Source: Adineta vaga (taxonomy: Eukaryota > Animalia > Rotifera). From it: a stretch of DNA of 64,000 nucleotides. A program made the position numbers and the translations under genes. The stretch lies in assembly GCA_021613535.1 (NCBI GenBank), contig CP075493.1:17856001-17920000 (forward strand), read 5' to 3'. Numbering within the stretch: the first letter of the stretch is position 1; each line of letters starts with the position of its first letter. This document shows positions 62,660 through 64,000 of this stretch, piece after piece. The notes beneath the pieces are model-generated. The model was not told the origin of the DNA and ran no database searches. It worked only from the letters and a program-made list of their open reading frames with translations.

Positions 62660-64000
62660 ATGAATCAAACATTTTCTTCCTACACATCCAGATTATCAAG
62701 AACATCTTCATTTTTGACACCAACTAACAATGACGATCAAATATTAGATCTAATACAAGTGTCTCATGAAAACGATCAATCTACCGATAGCATTTTAGAT
62801 TCTGAATCTGAAGTGGATTGGTTGGATAATAGTGAATACTATGAAGTTGTAGATAAAAATAACATCAATTTTGGAACAACAAATAGAAATGGTCGAGAAA
62901 TGTATATGTGTGGATATTCATATCAAGTGAAAACAGCAAATGTAGTAACAACGCGTTGGAGGTGTATAGTTCGGAAACCATCTTGTGCAGCTACTATTTG
63001 TACAAATAATATTGATGACAGCTTTTCTGATTGGAATGGTGTCCATCATCATCATCCACCAGATGCAAATCGTGAATTGATCAAAGCTATTATGACAAAA
63101 ATCAAAGCAAGAGTTGCAGTCGAACCATATCCAGTTCTTATTATAGCAGAAGAAGAAATTCGTAAAGCAAAACTGACTACAACACAATTAGCAGTTATGC
63201 CACTTCCTTGTCAATTAGGTATGTTCCATCCATATCTATTATCAATGCTTTATAATTATTTTTATAATCTTCCAGAGTCCGCATTACAAAAACATAGACG
63301 GAAAAATATTCCAGCACTTCCGACTTCATTATGTTTTGAAATTCCATCGCTTTATAAACATACGTGGTCAGGTGATCGATTTATTTTAGCTGATGTACAG
63401 AAGAAACGAGTTGGTGGACGTCTTATTATGTTTAGCTCTCCTCAACAAATAGAAATATTGTTGAACAGTTCCATATGGTTTTGTGACGGCACGTTCAAAA
63501 CTTGTCCGAATTTGTTTGGACAAGTTTATATCATTCAATGTTTGGTTGGTAATCAAGGTACGTTTAAAATCGATTTCTATTTGTTGTTATCATAAGAAAG
63601 AGGTTCTCTCTTACTCTGTTCAGCGTTACCAGTATTATATGCTTTGACAGCTAATCGTAAAAGGAAAATGTATGAAGAAATGATTGGAATTATTATTAAT
63701 TTAGCAGCTAGTCGAGGGAGAACTCTTGCAGTTGATACCGTGGTGTCTGATTATGAAGATGCTTGGTTACGTGCAGTAGCAAATACAGTAAGTATTGTCG
63801 TTAATACAATGTTGAACGATTAATTTAAATTTATCTAAAACGTATGTTTTCTTTTTATTCGTGTAGTTGCCTAATGTATCACGACTCGGATGTTGGTTCC
63901 ATTATACCCAAAGCTGTTATCGAAATATCAAAAACTTAGGATTATCTGGTTTATATGATAATGAACCAGATGTGAAATTAGCCTTAAGAAAATTTCTTGC
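62660..64000 (+). CDS. MULE transposase with FLYWCH-type zinc finger (spliced, runs off the window)
   Basis: GYSY...TRWRCIVRKPSCAATI...HHHP; WFCDGTFKTCP; VSDYEDA; GCWFHYTQ. Introns include an in-frame 57-nt intron at 63219-63275. Confidence 0.88.

Larger units (their letters stand above)
61178..64000 (+). mobile_element. Mutator-like (MULE) DNA transposon, left part, inserted in the hAT transposase
   Basis: Abrupt switch to a G-starting terminus GGGTTACATGAATTTCGGTCCAGG; internal tandem repeats; MULE transposase downstream; right end outside the window. Confidence 0.8.

Overview
AT-rich eukaryotic (animal) genomic DNA with short ~45-65 nt GT-AG introns, densely packed with nested transposons. 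The intron sizes, TE types and an intronless bacterial-type gene suggest a bdelloid rotifer (inference only). The main features are two diverged, full-length EnSpm/CACTA (CMC) DNA transposons in convergent orientation (16268-33747 +, TSD TA; 36656-49064 -, TSD TT). Each carries a 3-exon, 857-aa C2H2-finger transposase gene that lies entirely inside the first intron of a second gene. That intron splits the second gene's N-terminal SAM domain in two. Both elements also have 52-bp-period arrays at both ends and a run of apparent non-coding micro-exons near the 3' end. Copy 1 is interrupted by a young Ty3/Gypsy LTR element (169-bp LTRs, -1 frameshift signal, small FAST-like membrane ORF3). Copy 2 is interrupted by a Tc4/Tc5-type foldback MITE. 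Other content: a cargo-carrying hAT element (glycogen debranching enzyme fragment plus an intact MGxxxS/single-TM ORF); an RTE-type LINE; a hAT interrupted by a retroposed fragment and a MULE; many MITEs and HINE-like elements; a CYP4-like 5' pseudogene fragment; a catalytically degenerate JmjC + 2xRRM gene; and an intronless bacterial-type Baeyer-Villiger monooxygenase (probable horizontal transfer). All splicing, family and homology calls were made by eye, without database searches.
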